The notes below the pieces were generated by a model that was not told the origin of the DNA, did no database searches, and saw only the letters and a list, made by a program, of their open reading frames with translations. From sequence record SRR20825006_1611: a DNA stretch of 44,906 nucleotides, one strand, 5' to 3'. The position numbers and the translations under genes were made by a program. Each line of letters begins with the position of its first letter. Within the stretch, counting starts at the first letter, position 1. Positions 1-9,067 of this stretch are shown here, one piece after another.

Positions 1-72
1 GGCAGAAGCTAGTGCGGCATGATCGTGAACCCGAAGGTCCCGTCGAAACCAGATGATGTTGAGCTCAGACAT
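1..72 (-). CDS. DNA photolyase/cryptochrome family protein, N-terminus only (runs off the left edge)
   Basis: Not in the ORF track. Manual translation from ATG 72 gives MSELNIIWFRRDLRVHDHAALASA; WFRRDLRxxD is the hallmark photolyase N-terminal motif. Confidence 0.9.
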   Translation of the reverse strand, partial: MSELNIIWFRRDLRVHDHAALASA

Positions 73-73
73 A

Positions 74-88
74 GAACAAATATAGAAC
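74..88 (-). promoter_or_regulatory. Alphaproteobacterial LexA (SOS) box GTTC-N7-GTTC overlapping the probable -10 of the photolyase gene
   Basis: Plus strand GAAC-aaatata-GAAC. Minus strand has TATATT (84..79) at -12..-7 relative to the ATG and TAGACT (106..101) 16 bp further upstream. Confidence 0.85.
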
Positions 89-192
89 AAACTTTGCGAG
101 AGTCTATATATTTCTATCAATTGGGGCATTCGTTGCGATCTCGAAACGAATTCAACTTGTGGTTTCTTGAGCTTCGTCCTCTTTACTCATCA

Positions 193-1659
193 ATGCATTT
201 CATGGGTGGTGATGCGGCGTCCGCGCGGGAGAGATTTCCGCAGCATTTGTTTGATGACCTTGCTGAGCCTCCGCCGGACGTGCGTCTGGCGGAAAGGGCA
301 GCGGAGGCGTTCCCTTCCCGATTCCAGGGCATGTCTGCAAAGACAGGACTTGACGAGGCACAGTCTCGTTTCGTCGGTCGGAGCGCGGCCACACTTGGTA
401 TTTTGGGATTGTTTGCGCCCGGGTTGATCCTGACTGGGCTTGGGACGCTCAGCCTGGTCATCTTCGTTCTCATCATTGCGTATAGACTCGCATTGGCGAT
501 CTTTGGGGACAGTCGCGCCTACCTTCTTACCGATCCAGCCTCCCTCTCCTTGTTGCTGCCGGTATATACGATCCTGATAGCGCTCAAGGACGAGGCCGCC
601 TGCATGCCCCAGCTATCAGACAGCCTGATGTCGCTCGAATATCCGCGGCATTTGCTTGATGTGAAACTGTTGTTGGAAGCCGGAGACGACGCAACGAAGG
701 ATGCGATCCATGCTCAAATATGGCCGGAAGGAACCGAGGTTCTGGTCCTGCCCCCCGGCAAGCCACAGACCAAGCCCCGCGCGTTGAATTATGGCCTCGG
801 ACGGGCCCGTGGGGCATTTGTGACCGTCTATGATGCCGAGGACCGGCCCAATCCGGGGCAGCTCATGGAGGCGGCACGCCGGTTTGCGTGGGATCCGGAC
901 CTGGCTTGTGTACAGGCTCCCCTGTCTGGGAATGTGCGCTTCGGTAGTTGGCTGTCCCGACACTGGGCACTGGAGTATGCAATTCAGTTTCATCGGCTCA
1001 TGCCAGCGCTTGCTCGGCTCGGCATGCCCATACCGCTCGGCGGAACAAGCAATCATTTCCGCCGCAGGGCGCTACTTGCGTCGGGCGGGTGGGACGCTTG
1101 GAATGTGACTGAAGATGCGGACCTGGGTCTGCGGTTCGCACGCCTTGGCAAGAAGATTGATGTCATCGCCCCATCAACTGTTGAGCTACCGCCACAGCAT
1201 CTGAATGTCTGGCTTGGTCAGCGGTCGCGATGGTTGAAGGGCTTCGTGCAGACTTGGTTGGTGCTGATGCGCGAACCCGTCACTGCAGCACGTGAAATGG
1301 GGGCGCTGCGCTTTGTCTCAATGCAGCTGACGCTTGGCGCCTCCATTCTGTCTGCGCTCTTTCACCTTCCTTGGCTGGTCTGGTGCGTGGTCTGTATCGT
1401 GTCTCCGGATGCCAACCTAAGCCGCATCAGCTGGGCGATGCTCACCGTTTCTTATGCGGTTGGTGCTGTGACCGCCCTCACAGTGCCGTCGGCTTCCTTC
1501 GCAATACGCATGCGAGACCTTATCACATTGCCATTTTATTGGCCGCTGCAGTTCTTCGCGATGGCGAGAGCCCTCTACAGCTTGGCGCGCAGACCACATT
1601 ATTGGGTCAAAACGCCTCGAGAGGGCGTGCCTGGCGCGGGAGGCGCGCACCAATTCTAA
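193..1659 (+). CDS. Membrane glycosyltransferase family 2 (cellulose-synthase-like superfamily)
   Basis: KPRALN, YDAED (DxD-like), TEDADLG and QRSRW motifs with flanking TM helices. Start is probably ATG 193 or 202, because ATG 19 overlaps the photolyase gene. Confidence 0.85.
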   Translation: MHFMGGDAASARERFPQHLFDDLAEPPPDVRLAERAAEAFPSRFQGMSAKTGLDEAQSRFVGRSAATLGILGLFAPGLILTGLGTLSLVIFVLIIAYRLALAIFGDSRAYLLTDPASLSLLLPVYTILIALKDEAACMPQLSDSLMSLEYPRHLLDVKLLLEAGDDATKDAIHAQIWPEGTEVLVLPPGKPQTKPRALNYGLGRARGAFVTVYDAEDRPNPGQLMEAARRFAWDPDLACVQAPLSGNVRFGSWLSRHWALEYAIQFHRLMPALARLGMPIPLGGTSNHFRRRALLASGGWDAWNVTEDADLGLRFARLGKKIDVIAPSTVELPPQHLNVWLGQRSRWLKGFVQTWLVLMREPVTAAREMGALRFVSMQLTLGASILSALFHLPWLVWCVVCIVSPDANLSRISWAMLTVSYAVGAVTALTVPSASFAIRMRDLITLPFYWPLQFFAMARALYSLARRPHYWVKTPREGVPGAGGAHQF

Positions 1660-1737
1660 CGCTAGGTCAGTGCTTGGCGGTGCTATCTGATGGGCATATG
1701 GTTGGGCAAAGTTCTGTTGCCCCTTCAGGAGTCCGAT

Positions 1738-2952
1738 ATGGCGTATGATGAATCTGTCGATTTAGAGCAATTCCGTGCAGAAACGCGGGAATGGCTTGAG
1801 GAGAATTGTCCGCCGTCTATGCGCACGCCCATGAAGGATGACGAGATCGTCTGGGGCGGTAAGCGCGAAAAGTTCAAGAATCCCGAAGCAAAGCTCTGGT
1901 TGGAGCGTATGGGCGAGAAGGGGTGGACCTCTCCTGAATGGCCAGCGAAATATGGGGGTGGCGGACTTAGCCGCGCGCAGAATCGTGTGCTTCAGGAAGA
2001 GCTACGCCGCATCAAGGCGCGCCCGGCGCTGTTCTCCTTTGGCCTTTGGATGTTTGGCCCGGCCTTGCTTGAGTTTGGCAACGAGGAGCAGAAACTTCGT
2101 TTCATCCCGGACATCGTGAAAGGCAAGACGCGCTGGTGTCAGGGATATTCAGAGCCCGGCGCGGGGTCTGACCTTGCCGACCTTCAGACGCGTTGTGAAG
2201 ACAAGGGCGATCACTACCTGATCAACGGACAGAAGGTATGGACATCTTACGCCGACAAGGCCGATTGGATCTTCTGTCTCGTTCGCACTGACACGAGCGT
2301 GAAGCATGAAGGCATCAGCTTCATTCTGTTCGACATGGAGAGCCCGGGCGTTGAGGCGCGTCCGATCCAGCTGATTTCGGGTGAAAGCCCATTCTGCGAA
2401 ACCTTCTTTTCCGACGTCAAGGTGCCGAAGGATCAATTGGTCGGCGACGTGAATGGGGGCTGGCAGATCGCCAAGCGGCTGCTTCAGTTTGAGCGCTCTT
2501 CAATCTCTGCTGGCGGATTTGGCGGCACGGGAGGCTCCGGCATCCTTGGGCCTGAAGAATATGCGAAGATGCATATCGGTACCGACAATGAGGGACGTCT
2601 CATCGATGGCGATCTACGCGGACGGATCACGGACCACAAGATGTATGCGAAGGCGTTCAATCTAACCGTCCAGCGCCAGGCCGAACAAGCCAAGGCTGGC
2701 CAGCAGGTGGGCCACACAGCTTCCATCCTGAAATATGGTGCTGCCAAGATGAATCAGGATCGTCACGAACTACTCGTCGAGGCGCTTGGAACTGAGGCGC
2801 TTGGCTGGGAAGGGGAGGGCTTTGACCCGTCTGCCAAAAAGGTTACGCGCCAATGGCTTCGCTCGAAAGGCAACTCAATCGAGGGCGGCACGAGCGAGAT
2901 CAATCTCAACGTGATCTCGAAACGCGTACTGGGTCTCAAGGACCACAAATAA
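1738..2952 (+). CDS. Acyl-CoA dehydrogenase (probable catalytic subunit of a heteromeric pair)
   Basis: WCQGYSEPGAGSDLA, INGQKVWTS and SIEGGTSEI motifs; AGGAG RBS before ATG 1738. Confidence 0.93.
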   Translation: MAYDESVDLEQFRAETREWLEENCPPSMRTPMKDDEIVWGGKREKFKNPEAKLWLERMGEKGWTSPEWPAKYGGGGLSRAQNRVLQEELRRIKARPALFSFGLWMFGPALLEFGNEEQKLRFIPDIVKGKTRWCQGYSEPGAGSDLADLQTRCEDKGDHYLINGQKVWTSYADKADWIFCLVRTDTSVKHEGISFILFDMESPGVEARPIQLISGESPFCETFFSDVKVPKDQLVGDVNGGWQIAKRLLQFERSSISAGGFGGTGGSGILGPEEYAKMHIGTDNEGRLIDGDLRGRITDHKMYAKAFNLTVQRQAEQAKAGQQVGHTASILKYGAAKMNQDRHELLVEALGTEALGWEGEGFDPSAKKVTRQWLRSKGNSIEGGTSEINLNVISKRVLGLKDHK

Positions 2953-2954
2953 GC

Positions 2955-3278
2955 ATGTCGTCCACGCAGATCATCATTCTGTTTCTTGGCACACCGTTCA
3001 TGGCCGGAGTCCTGGCTCCGTTTTTCCGTGGGCGCTGGCTTACGCAGGTGGCTGTGTGGACACTTGCGCTGTTGTCGACCCTTGTCGTTGTCTACGTATG
3101 GGCAGGCATGGAGGCAGCGCGCCTCGAATTGACAAACATCCGGCTGGTTCTCGCTGCCAGCGCCCTTTGGAGTACGGCCGGTTTGGCCGGTCTGCTCGTG
3201 GGGCGCGAAGCGGAAAATGTCCGCCGTGATGCAATGAACACCAGGGAAAAACGCAAGGCTTCGGAGATATTCAGATGA
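2955..3278 (+). CDS. Small hypothetical membrane protein (~107 aa, 3 hydrophobic segments)
   Basis: Starts 2 nt after the upstream stop, overlaps the downstream gene by ATGA and fills the gap in the operon. Confidence 0.7.
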   Translation: MSSTQIIILFLGTPFMAGVLAPFFRGRWLTQVAVWTLALLSTLVVVYVWAGMEAARLELTNIRLVLAASALWSTAGLAGLLVGREAENVRRDAMNTREKRKASEIFR

Positions 3279-4411
3279 CGTTCCTTTTGACGGAAGACCA
3301 GGAAATGCTGCGCGACACCGCTATGGCGTTCGCGCGTGACGAAATGCCAGTGACTCGCCTGCGCCAACTGCGCGACAGTGGAGCAAATGGCGTAGACGCA
3401 GAGACACGACAGAAACTCGCCGAACTCGGCTTCTTTGGTGTGATCATTCCGGATGAGCCAGGTGGTGAACACTTCGGCCTGGTCGGACTTGGCCAGGTTC
3501 TGGAAGCGCAAGGCCGTACACTGGCGCCAACACCGGTTCTCCAGACAGCCCTGATCGCGGCCAGCGCCCTGCAGCTGGGCGGCAGCGCAGAACAGCAGGC
3601 GGAATGGTTGCCCAAGATTGCCGGAGGCGCAACCAGTTTTGCCTTGGCGCTCGACGAAACTGCGCATTTCAATCCGCTGGGCGTCGCCACCGAGGCGGAG
3701 AGCAATGGGCAAGGCTACACGTTGAACGGCATGAAGCGGTTTGTGCCGGACGCTCATCATGCCGAGATGCTGATTGTTGTGGCGCGTACCTTTGGCGAAG
3801 CAGGTGACCGTCACGGCCTTACGCTGTTCATGGTTCCGGCGGATGCAAAGGGGGTGTCTATCCAAGCGCTGAACTCCGTCGACTCTCACGGCGCGGCTCA
3901 TGTCGTGCTGGAAGATGTGATGGTTCCGGCAACAGCTGTCATCGGCGCAGTGGACAAAGGCGCAGACGTATTGGAGCCGGTTCTGGACCGGGCGGCGATC
4001 GGCCAGGCGGCGGAAATGCTGGGAAGTGCAGATGCGGCGTTTGAGATGACATTGGAGTACCTCAACAACCGGAAACAGTTCGGCCAACTGATTGGATCGT
4101 TCCAATCATTGCAGCATCGTGCCGCAAAGATGTTTACTGAGCTGGAGCTGACGCGTTCCTGCATTGCGGCTGCGCTGGCGGCCGTTGATGACGGCAAGCC
4201 AAATATTGCGGAACTGGCAAGTCTGGCCAAGGCGCGCGCCGGCGAATTGATTCATCTCGTATCAAACGAGTGCGTGCAGATGCATGGGGGTATTGGCATG
4301 ACGGATGATGCAGACCCTGGCCTCTACATGAAGCGGGCTCGCGTACAGGAAGCGCTCTATGGTTCTGCCAGCTGGCACAGGGATCGCTACGCGCGCCTTG
4401 CTGGATACTGA
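3275..4411 (+). CDS. Acyl-CoA dehydrogenase family protein (PimD/FadE partner-type subunit)
   Basis: LNGMKRFV, RKQFGQLIGSFQSLQH and QMHGGIGMT motifs; the C-terminal IYEGT-type motif is replaced by LYGS. Confidence 0.92.
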   Translation: MTFLLTEDQEMLRDTAMAFARDEMPVTRLRQLRDSGANGVDAETRQKLAELGFFGVIIPDEPGGEHFGLVGLGQVLEAQGRTLAPTPVLQTALIAASALQLGGSAEQQAEWLPKIAGGATSFALALDETAHFNPLGVATEAESNGQGYTLNGMKRFVPDAHHAEMLIVVARTFGEAGDRHGLTLFMVPADAKGVSIQALNSVDSHGAAHVVLEDVMVPATAVIGAVDKGADVLEPVLDRAAIGQAAEMLGSADAAFEMTLEYLNNRKQFGQLIGSFQSLQHRAAKMFTELELTRSCIAAALAAVDDGKPNIAELASLAKARAGELIHLVSNECVQMHGGIGMTDDADPGLYMKRARVQEALYGSASWHRDRYARLAGY

Positions 4412-4426
4412 TCCAGCATTCAACGC

Positions 4427-4468
4427 AAAAAAAGCCGGGAAGGTTACAACCTTCCCGGCTTTCTTTTT
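4427..4468. terminator. Bidirectional rho-independent terminator
   Basis: Perfect 15-bp inverted repeat AAAGCCGGGAAGGTT/AACCTTCCCGGCTTT flanked by A- and T-tracts, between convergent genes. Confidence 0.92.
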
Positions 4469-4489
4469 CTCCCGTGAGGGAAGCAGTGC

Positions 4490-4918
4490 TTAGCCCTTGA
4501 GGACCGAGCCCTTCTTGAGCGCCTTCGCGATCAGGTAATACATTACCGGACGATGCTTTGCGCGAACGGACTTTCCGTACTTTGCAACAGCATCCGCAAT
4601 CGCGGCATCGGCTTTTGCGTCGTCAGTAACGCCAAGCTTCTTTGCGATAAAGCCCTTCTTGATGCGACCCAGCTCTTCCTTGTCGGAAGCAGCAACAGTT
4701 GCGGAATCGGCCTTGTAGATCGTCGGCCCACAGGCTTTGACGGCTGCATCCAGAAGCGCCATGTCAGAGCGTGTCTCACCAACCTTGTCTTTCAGGTCAG
4801 TGATGTACTTCTCCATCAGGACTTCCTTCGGTGAAGGTGCCTTGGCTGGTTTCGTTGTCTTGGGTGCAGCAGCTTTTTTTGGCGCCGCAGCTTTCTTGGC
4901 TTTGGTTGCTTTTGCCAT
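4490..4918 (-). CDS. DUF2853 family protein with Lys/Ala/Pro-rich N-terminal tail
   Basis: GPTIYKADS..V..SD..EL..IKKGFIAKKLG and K.RPVMYYL resemble DUF2853; GAGGAG RBS upstream. Confidence 0.75.
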   Translation of the reverse strand: MAKATKAKKAAAPKKAAAPKTTKPAKAPSPKEVLMEKYITDLKDKVGETRSDMALLDAAVKACGPTIYKADSATVAASDKEELGRIKKGFIAKKLGVTDDAKADAAIADAVAKYGKSVRAKHRPVMYYLIAKALKKGSVLKG

Positions 4919-5200
4919 GGGAGTGTCTCCTCAATGGGCCCGACGGACGGGCGTGTTTAAATTTACGCAGCTCACAACACGAATCAGTTTGAAACGCTGT
5001 TTGAACACTGACCCGTTTTTCCACAGCCTGCCAACCCCTTTTCGGTAGTGCAACAATATCCCTAAGTAGTGCGAGTACAGATTGAATGACCAATATGCCG
5101 TCTTGGGCGGTTCGCTGGAAGCGTATGGATACGATTGATTGACCTCTCTATGCGAGGAGTTCACACCCAATGGCGATACTGGCCGTGAAGTGAGGATAAA

Positions 5201-6790
5201 ATGTTTCGTTACCTGCCTTGGCTCGCAACTGTTCTGCTGCTGGCGCTATGCCTTGTGTTTTGGCGACAGCACAGCTGGTTGATCTACCTCGCTGTCGCCT
5301 TGATCCCTTTGGCCCTGACAGGTCTGTATGATGTGCTTCAGCGTCGACACAGTCTTTGGCGAAACTTTCCGATTTTCGCGCGCATTCGATGGCTCGCGGA
5401 GGAGTTGCGACCTTTCCTGCGTGCCTACATTGTCGAAAGTGAAACGGAGGGGCGTCCCTTCAATCATGAAGAGCGCACATTGGTATATCGGCGTGCAAAG
5501 GATGTTTCGTCCGTTGAGCCGTTCGGCAGCCATCTTGATATCGACAAACCGCCTTATGAATGGCTGGCGCATTCCATAGCGGCGAAACATCCGGAAGAGG
5601 CAAACCCGCGTGTGCTGGTTGGCGCGCCGGAAACATCGCAGCCTTACTCGGCAAGCGTTTTCAATATCTCTGCAATGAGTTTTGGCTCACTCGGCGCGCA
5701 CGCAATTGAAGCCTTGTCACAAGGCGCATCCCTGGGTGGCTTCTATCACGACACAGGAGAGGGTGGCGTGTCACGTTACCACTGTGAGGGCGGCGGCGAT
5801 CTTGTCTGGGAACTGGGCTCTGGATATTTCGGGTGCCGCGCAGCTGACGGATCTTTTGATGCGGCCAAGTTCGCGGACACGGCCTCTGACCCACAGATCA
5901 AGATGATTGAAGTAAAGCTGAGCCAAGGCGCAAAGCCGGGGCATGGCGGCGTGTTGCCGGGAGAAAAGGTAACACATGAGATCGCCGAGGCGCGCGGGAT
6001 CGCAGTTGGACAAACATGCGTTTCGCCGCCCGCGCATTCCTCCTTCTCGACGCCAATCGAGATGCTGGAATTTGTTGCGAGCCTGCGCGAGCTGTCAGGT
6101 GGCAAACCGGTCGGGATCAAGTTTGCTGTCGGCAATCGTTGGGAAACATTGGCCATCTGCAAAGCCATGTTGGAAACTGGGTTGCGGGTTGACTTCATGG
6201 TGGTCGATGGTGGGGAAGGGGGCACCGGCGCAGCGCCTGCTGAGTTTCTTGACCATGTCGGTGCACCCTTGAGACAGGCCCTGGTGCTGGCTCGCAACGC
6301 GCTCGTGGGGACGGGTTTGAAGGGTGATGTGCGGCTTGCCTGTTCCGGTAAACAGATCAGCGCTTTCTCCCTTGCATCTTCCATGGCGCTGGGAGCTGAC
6401 TGGGTGAATACGGCGCGTGGCTTCATGTTCTCGCTCGGCTGCATTCAGTCGCTGAACTGCCACAACAATACATGCCCGACCGGCATTGCGACATCCGACA
6501 AAGCGCGCCAGCGCGGATTGGTCGTGGCCGACAAGGCGATCCGCGTCAGGAACTACCAACGAAATACGGTCAAGGCATTGATGGAGGTTGTTGGTGCCGC
6601 AGGATGTGAACATCCGTCCGAGCTGACCCCGCGCCACGTGATGCATCGCGTGACCGAGGACATCGCCTACACCGCGGAACGCGCCTACCAGCTTGTGCAG
6701 GCCGGACAATTGTTGAATGCCCCGGATGAAACCCAACTTGCGCAAGAATGGCGCATGGCACAGGCCAACAGCTTCCTGCCAGTAAGCTAG
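5201..6790 (+). CDS. FMN-binding glutamate synthase family protein with N-terminal TM anchor
   Basis: SAMSFGSL, DTGEGG, KLSQGAKPGHGG, DGGEGGTGAAP and CIQSLNCHNNTCPTG (CX5CX4C) motifs; no amidotransferase domain; GAGGA RBS. Confidence 0.92.
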   Translation: MFRYLPWLATVLLLALCLVFWRQHSWLIYLAVALIPLALTGLYDVLQRRHSLWRNFPIFARIRWLAEELRPFLRAYIVESETEGRPFNHEERTLVYRRAKDVSSVEPFGSHLDIDKPPYEWLAHSIAAKHPEEANPRVLVGAPETSQPYSASVFNISAMSFGSLGAHAIEALSQGASLGGFYHDTGEGGVSRYHCEGGGDLVWELGSGYFGCRAADGSFDAAKFADTASDPQIKMIEVKLSQGAKPGHGGVLPGEKVTHEIAEARGIAVGQTCVSPPAHSSFSTPIEMLEFVASLRELSGGKPVGIKFAVGNRWETLAICKAMLETGLRVDFMVVDGGEGGTGAAPAEFLDHVGAPLRQALVLARNALVGTGLKGDVRLACSGKQISAFSLASSMALGADWVNTARGFMFSLGCIQSLNCHNNTCPTGIATSDKARQRGLVVADKAIRVRNYQRNTVKALMEVVGAAGCEHPSELTPRHVMHRVTEDIAYTAERAYQLVQAGQLLNAPDETQLAQEWRMAQANSFLPVS

Positions 6791-6941
6791 TTCTGTGATT
6801 TGGCGGGAACCATCTCCGCGCTACTCAGATTTATGGTAGTGCTCACAAAGCGAGCAGGGTGGGGGTTTCTGCACTCAGGTACAGCGCTATGCCTTTGGCA
6901 GTGATGCGTCACGCGTTAGACGGGGTGAGACAGGATGGGCA

Positions 6942-8336
6942 ATGACAGAACATAAAGTTTCAAAAGGCTCACGACTGATCGCAGTCTCAAACCGCACCGC
7001 GGCTGGACAGGAAAGCCGAGCCGGAGGGCTCGCAGTTGCGCTTTGGGATACGCTCGCCGACACACAGGGCCTCTGGATTGGCTGGAGCGGCCGTATTCTC
7101 GACTTTCCCAGCAACCGCGCGAAGCGGTCTGCAGAGGACGGCGTTGAGTTCGCCCTGACTGACTATTCCCGCGACCAGTTTGACGGTTTCTATCTCGGTT
7201 ATTCAAACAGTGTGCTCTGGCCGGTCATGCACAACCGGATTGATCTGGCCGTGTTTGATTCCGCGTATTATCGGTTCTATGTCGAGATCAATGAGAAGTT
7301 TGCGGAAATCGTACGGCACCAGGCAGACGAAGCCGACATTGTCTGGGTCCATGATTACCACTTCCTACTGCTAGGCGACATCTTGCGGGAAGACGGGTGG
7401 CAGGGAAAATGTGGTTTCTTCCTGCATATTCCCTTTCCCGCACCAGAAGTGTTCCGTGCCATTCCGGAACACCGCAAGTTGGCAAAGGGACTTTGTGCCT
7501 ATGACGTGGTCGGCCTTCAGTGCCGCAAGGACCTCGCCAATCTCGCGCAATACCTCGAAGAAGAATTCGGGGCCGAGGAACAGCCGGATGGGAAGTTCAA
7601 AGTAGAGGGCCGCATTGTCCACCTGCTGCACTGTCCTATTGGCATTGATAGTGAGGGCTTTGCTGCGGCGGCAACCAAGGAGCCAGCAGACCGGGCGGCG
7701 ACCCGCCTGTCACGTTTTCTAGGTGAACGCGACCTCGTCATCGGGGTTGACCGGATGGACTATTCGAAGGGTCTGCCGCAGCGGTTTGAAGGTATGGCCG
7801 ACTTGTTCGACCGGTATCCGGAATTACACGGCAAGATTTCGTTCACTCAGATCGCACCGCCCTCACGGTCTGTCGTCGAGGAATACGCCCAGCTTCGTGA
7901 ACAGCTTGATGCGCTGTCCGGACGGATCAATGGCGACTATGGCGACCTTGACTGGATGCCGATCAGATATCTGGCGCGCGGGTACGACCGCGAAGAAATC
8001 GCCGGGCTCTACCGTCTTGCAAAGGCCTGCTTGGTGACCCCCTTGCAGGACGGCATGAATCTTGTTGCGAAGGAGTTTGTCGCCGCGCAAGACCCTCAGG
8101 ACCCGGGTGTTCTGATCCTGTCGCAATTTGCCGGTGCGGCAGAGCAGATGAAGGAGGCGATCATCATCAATCCATATGACAGCTCGGCCATCGCGGAAGC
8201 CGTTAAGCAGGCCATAGAGATGCCGCTCGACGAGCGGCAGGACCGTTGGCAGAAGCTCTTCGACAATATTGCCCAGCAGGACATTAACTGGTGGCGCCAC
8301 CGCTTCATGACGGCGTTTGAGGGCGTTCCTGCATGA
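6942..8336 (+). CDS. otsA: Trehalose-6-phosphate synthase (GT20)
   Basis: VSNR, GGLAVAL, WVHDYH, FFLHIPFP, DRMDYSKG and DGMNLVAKE motifs. Confidence 0.96.
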   Translation: MTEHKVSKGSRLIAVSNRTAAGQESRAGGLAVALWDTLADTQGLWIGWSGRILDFPSNRAKRSAEDGVEFALTDYSRDQFDGFYLGYSNSVLWPVMHNRIDLAVFDSAYYRFYVEINEKFAEIVRHQADEADIVWVHDYHFLLLGDILREDGWQGKCGFFLHIPFPAPEVFRAIPEHRKLAKGLCAYDVVGLQCRKDLANLAQYLEEEFGAEEQPDGKFKVEGRIVHLLHCPIGIDSEGFAAAATKEPADRAATRLSRFLGERDLVIGVDRMDYSKGLPQRFEGMADLFDRYPELHGKISFTQIAPPSRSVVEEYAQLREQLDALSGRINGDYGDLDWMPIRYLARGYDREEIAGLYRLAKACLVTPLQDGMNLVAKEFVAAQDPQDPGVLILSQFAGAAEQMKEAIIINPYDSSAIAEAVKQAIEMPLDERQDRWQKLFDNIAQQDINWWRHRFMTAFEGVPA

Positions 8337-9067
8337 GTAATTCCTCTGTCATGCCGCCGGCGCTTGACCAGGGTGTCGCCTTGTTCCTGGATTTTGATGG
8401 AACGCTGTCTCCGCTTCAGGATGATCCAGATGCCGTGTTTCTGGCGTCAGGTCTGGATTCGGTTCTCATGCGTGTCTCTCAAAAGCTCGATGGTGCATTG
8501 GCAATTCTCTCTGGCCGTGACCTGACAGATTTGTCGAAACGTGTGCCTGATACGCTTTGGAGGTTCGGCAATCATGGCCTGAGATCAGCCGCGCCCGGCG
8601 CGGCAATGACCGAAGGTGTGCCGTCCGCGCCCGAGTCTCTGCTCTCCGGCATCTCATCCGTCGTGGACGTGCATGATGGTGTACGCTTGGAAGAGAAAGG
8701 GCCGGTTCTCGCAATCCACTATCGTGCGGCACCTGAAAAGAGTGAGCAACTCACTCACGAAATCAGTAGCGTAATTTCTCAGTACAAAGATTACTCGTTG
8801 CAATCGGGAAAGATGGTACTTGAGGCAAAGCCGAGTGGGGCCAATAAGGGCGTTTGCCTGCAAGCTGCCATGGAGACTGCGCCGTTCGCTGGGCGCCTGC
8901 CGGTGATGATTGGCGACGACAAGACAGATGAAGACGCCTTCCTTGTGGCCAATAAGCTCGGTGGCTGGTCGATCAAGGTCGGGGAAGGCGAGAGCGCGGC
9001 AAACTATCGGCTGGCGTCTCATCGCGACGTCGCTACCTATCTGGAACAAGTGTTGGGAGAAGTATGA
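8333..9067 (+). CDS. otsB: Trehalose-6-phosphate phosphatase (HAD)
   Basis: FLDFDGTL, LSGR, IHYR and GDDKTDEDAF motifs; ATGA overlap with otsA. Confidence 0.96.
   Translation: MSNSSVMPPALDQGVALFLDFDGTLSPLQDDPDAVFLASGLDSVLMRVSQKLDGALAILSGRDLTDLSKRVPDTLWRFGNHGLRSAAPGAAMTEGVPSAPESLLSGISSVVDVHDGVRLEEKGPVLAIHYRAAPEKSEQLTHEISSVISQYKDYSLQSGKMVLEAKPSGANKGVCLQAAMETAPFAGRLPVMIGDDKTDEDAFLVANKLGGWSIKVGEGESAANYRLASHRDVATYLEQVLGEV

Noticed and set aside
19-192. N-terminal extension of the GT2 ORF from ATG 19
   Set aside because: It overlaps the opposite-strand photolyase start and its promoter/LexA box; the real start is likely 193 or 202.
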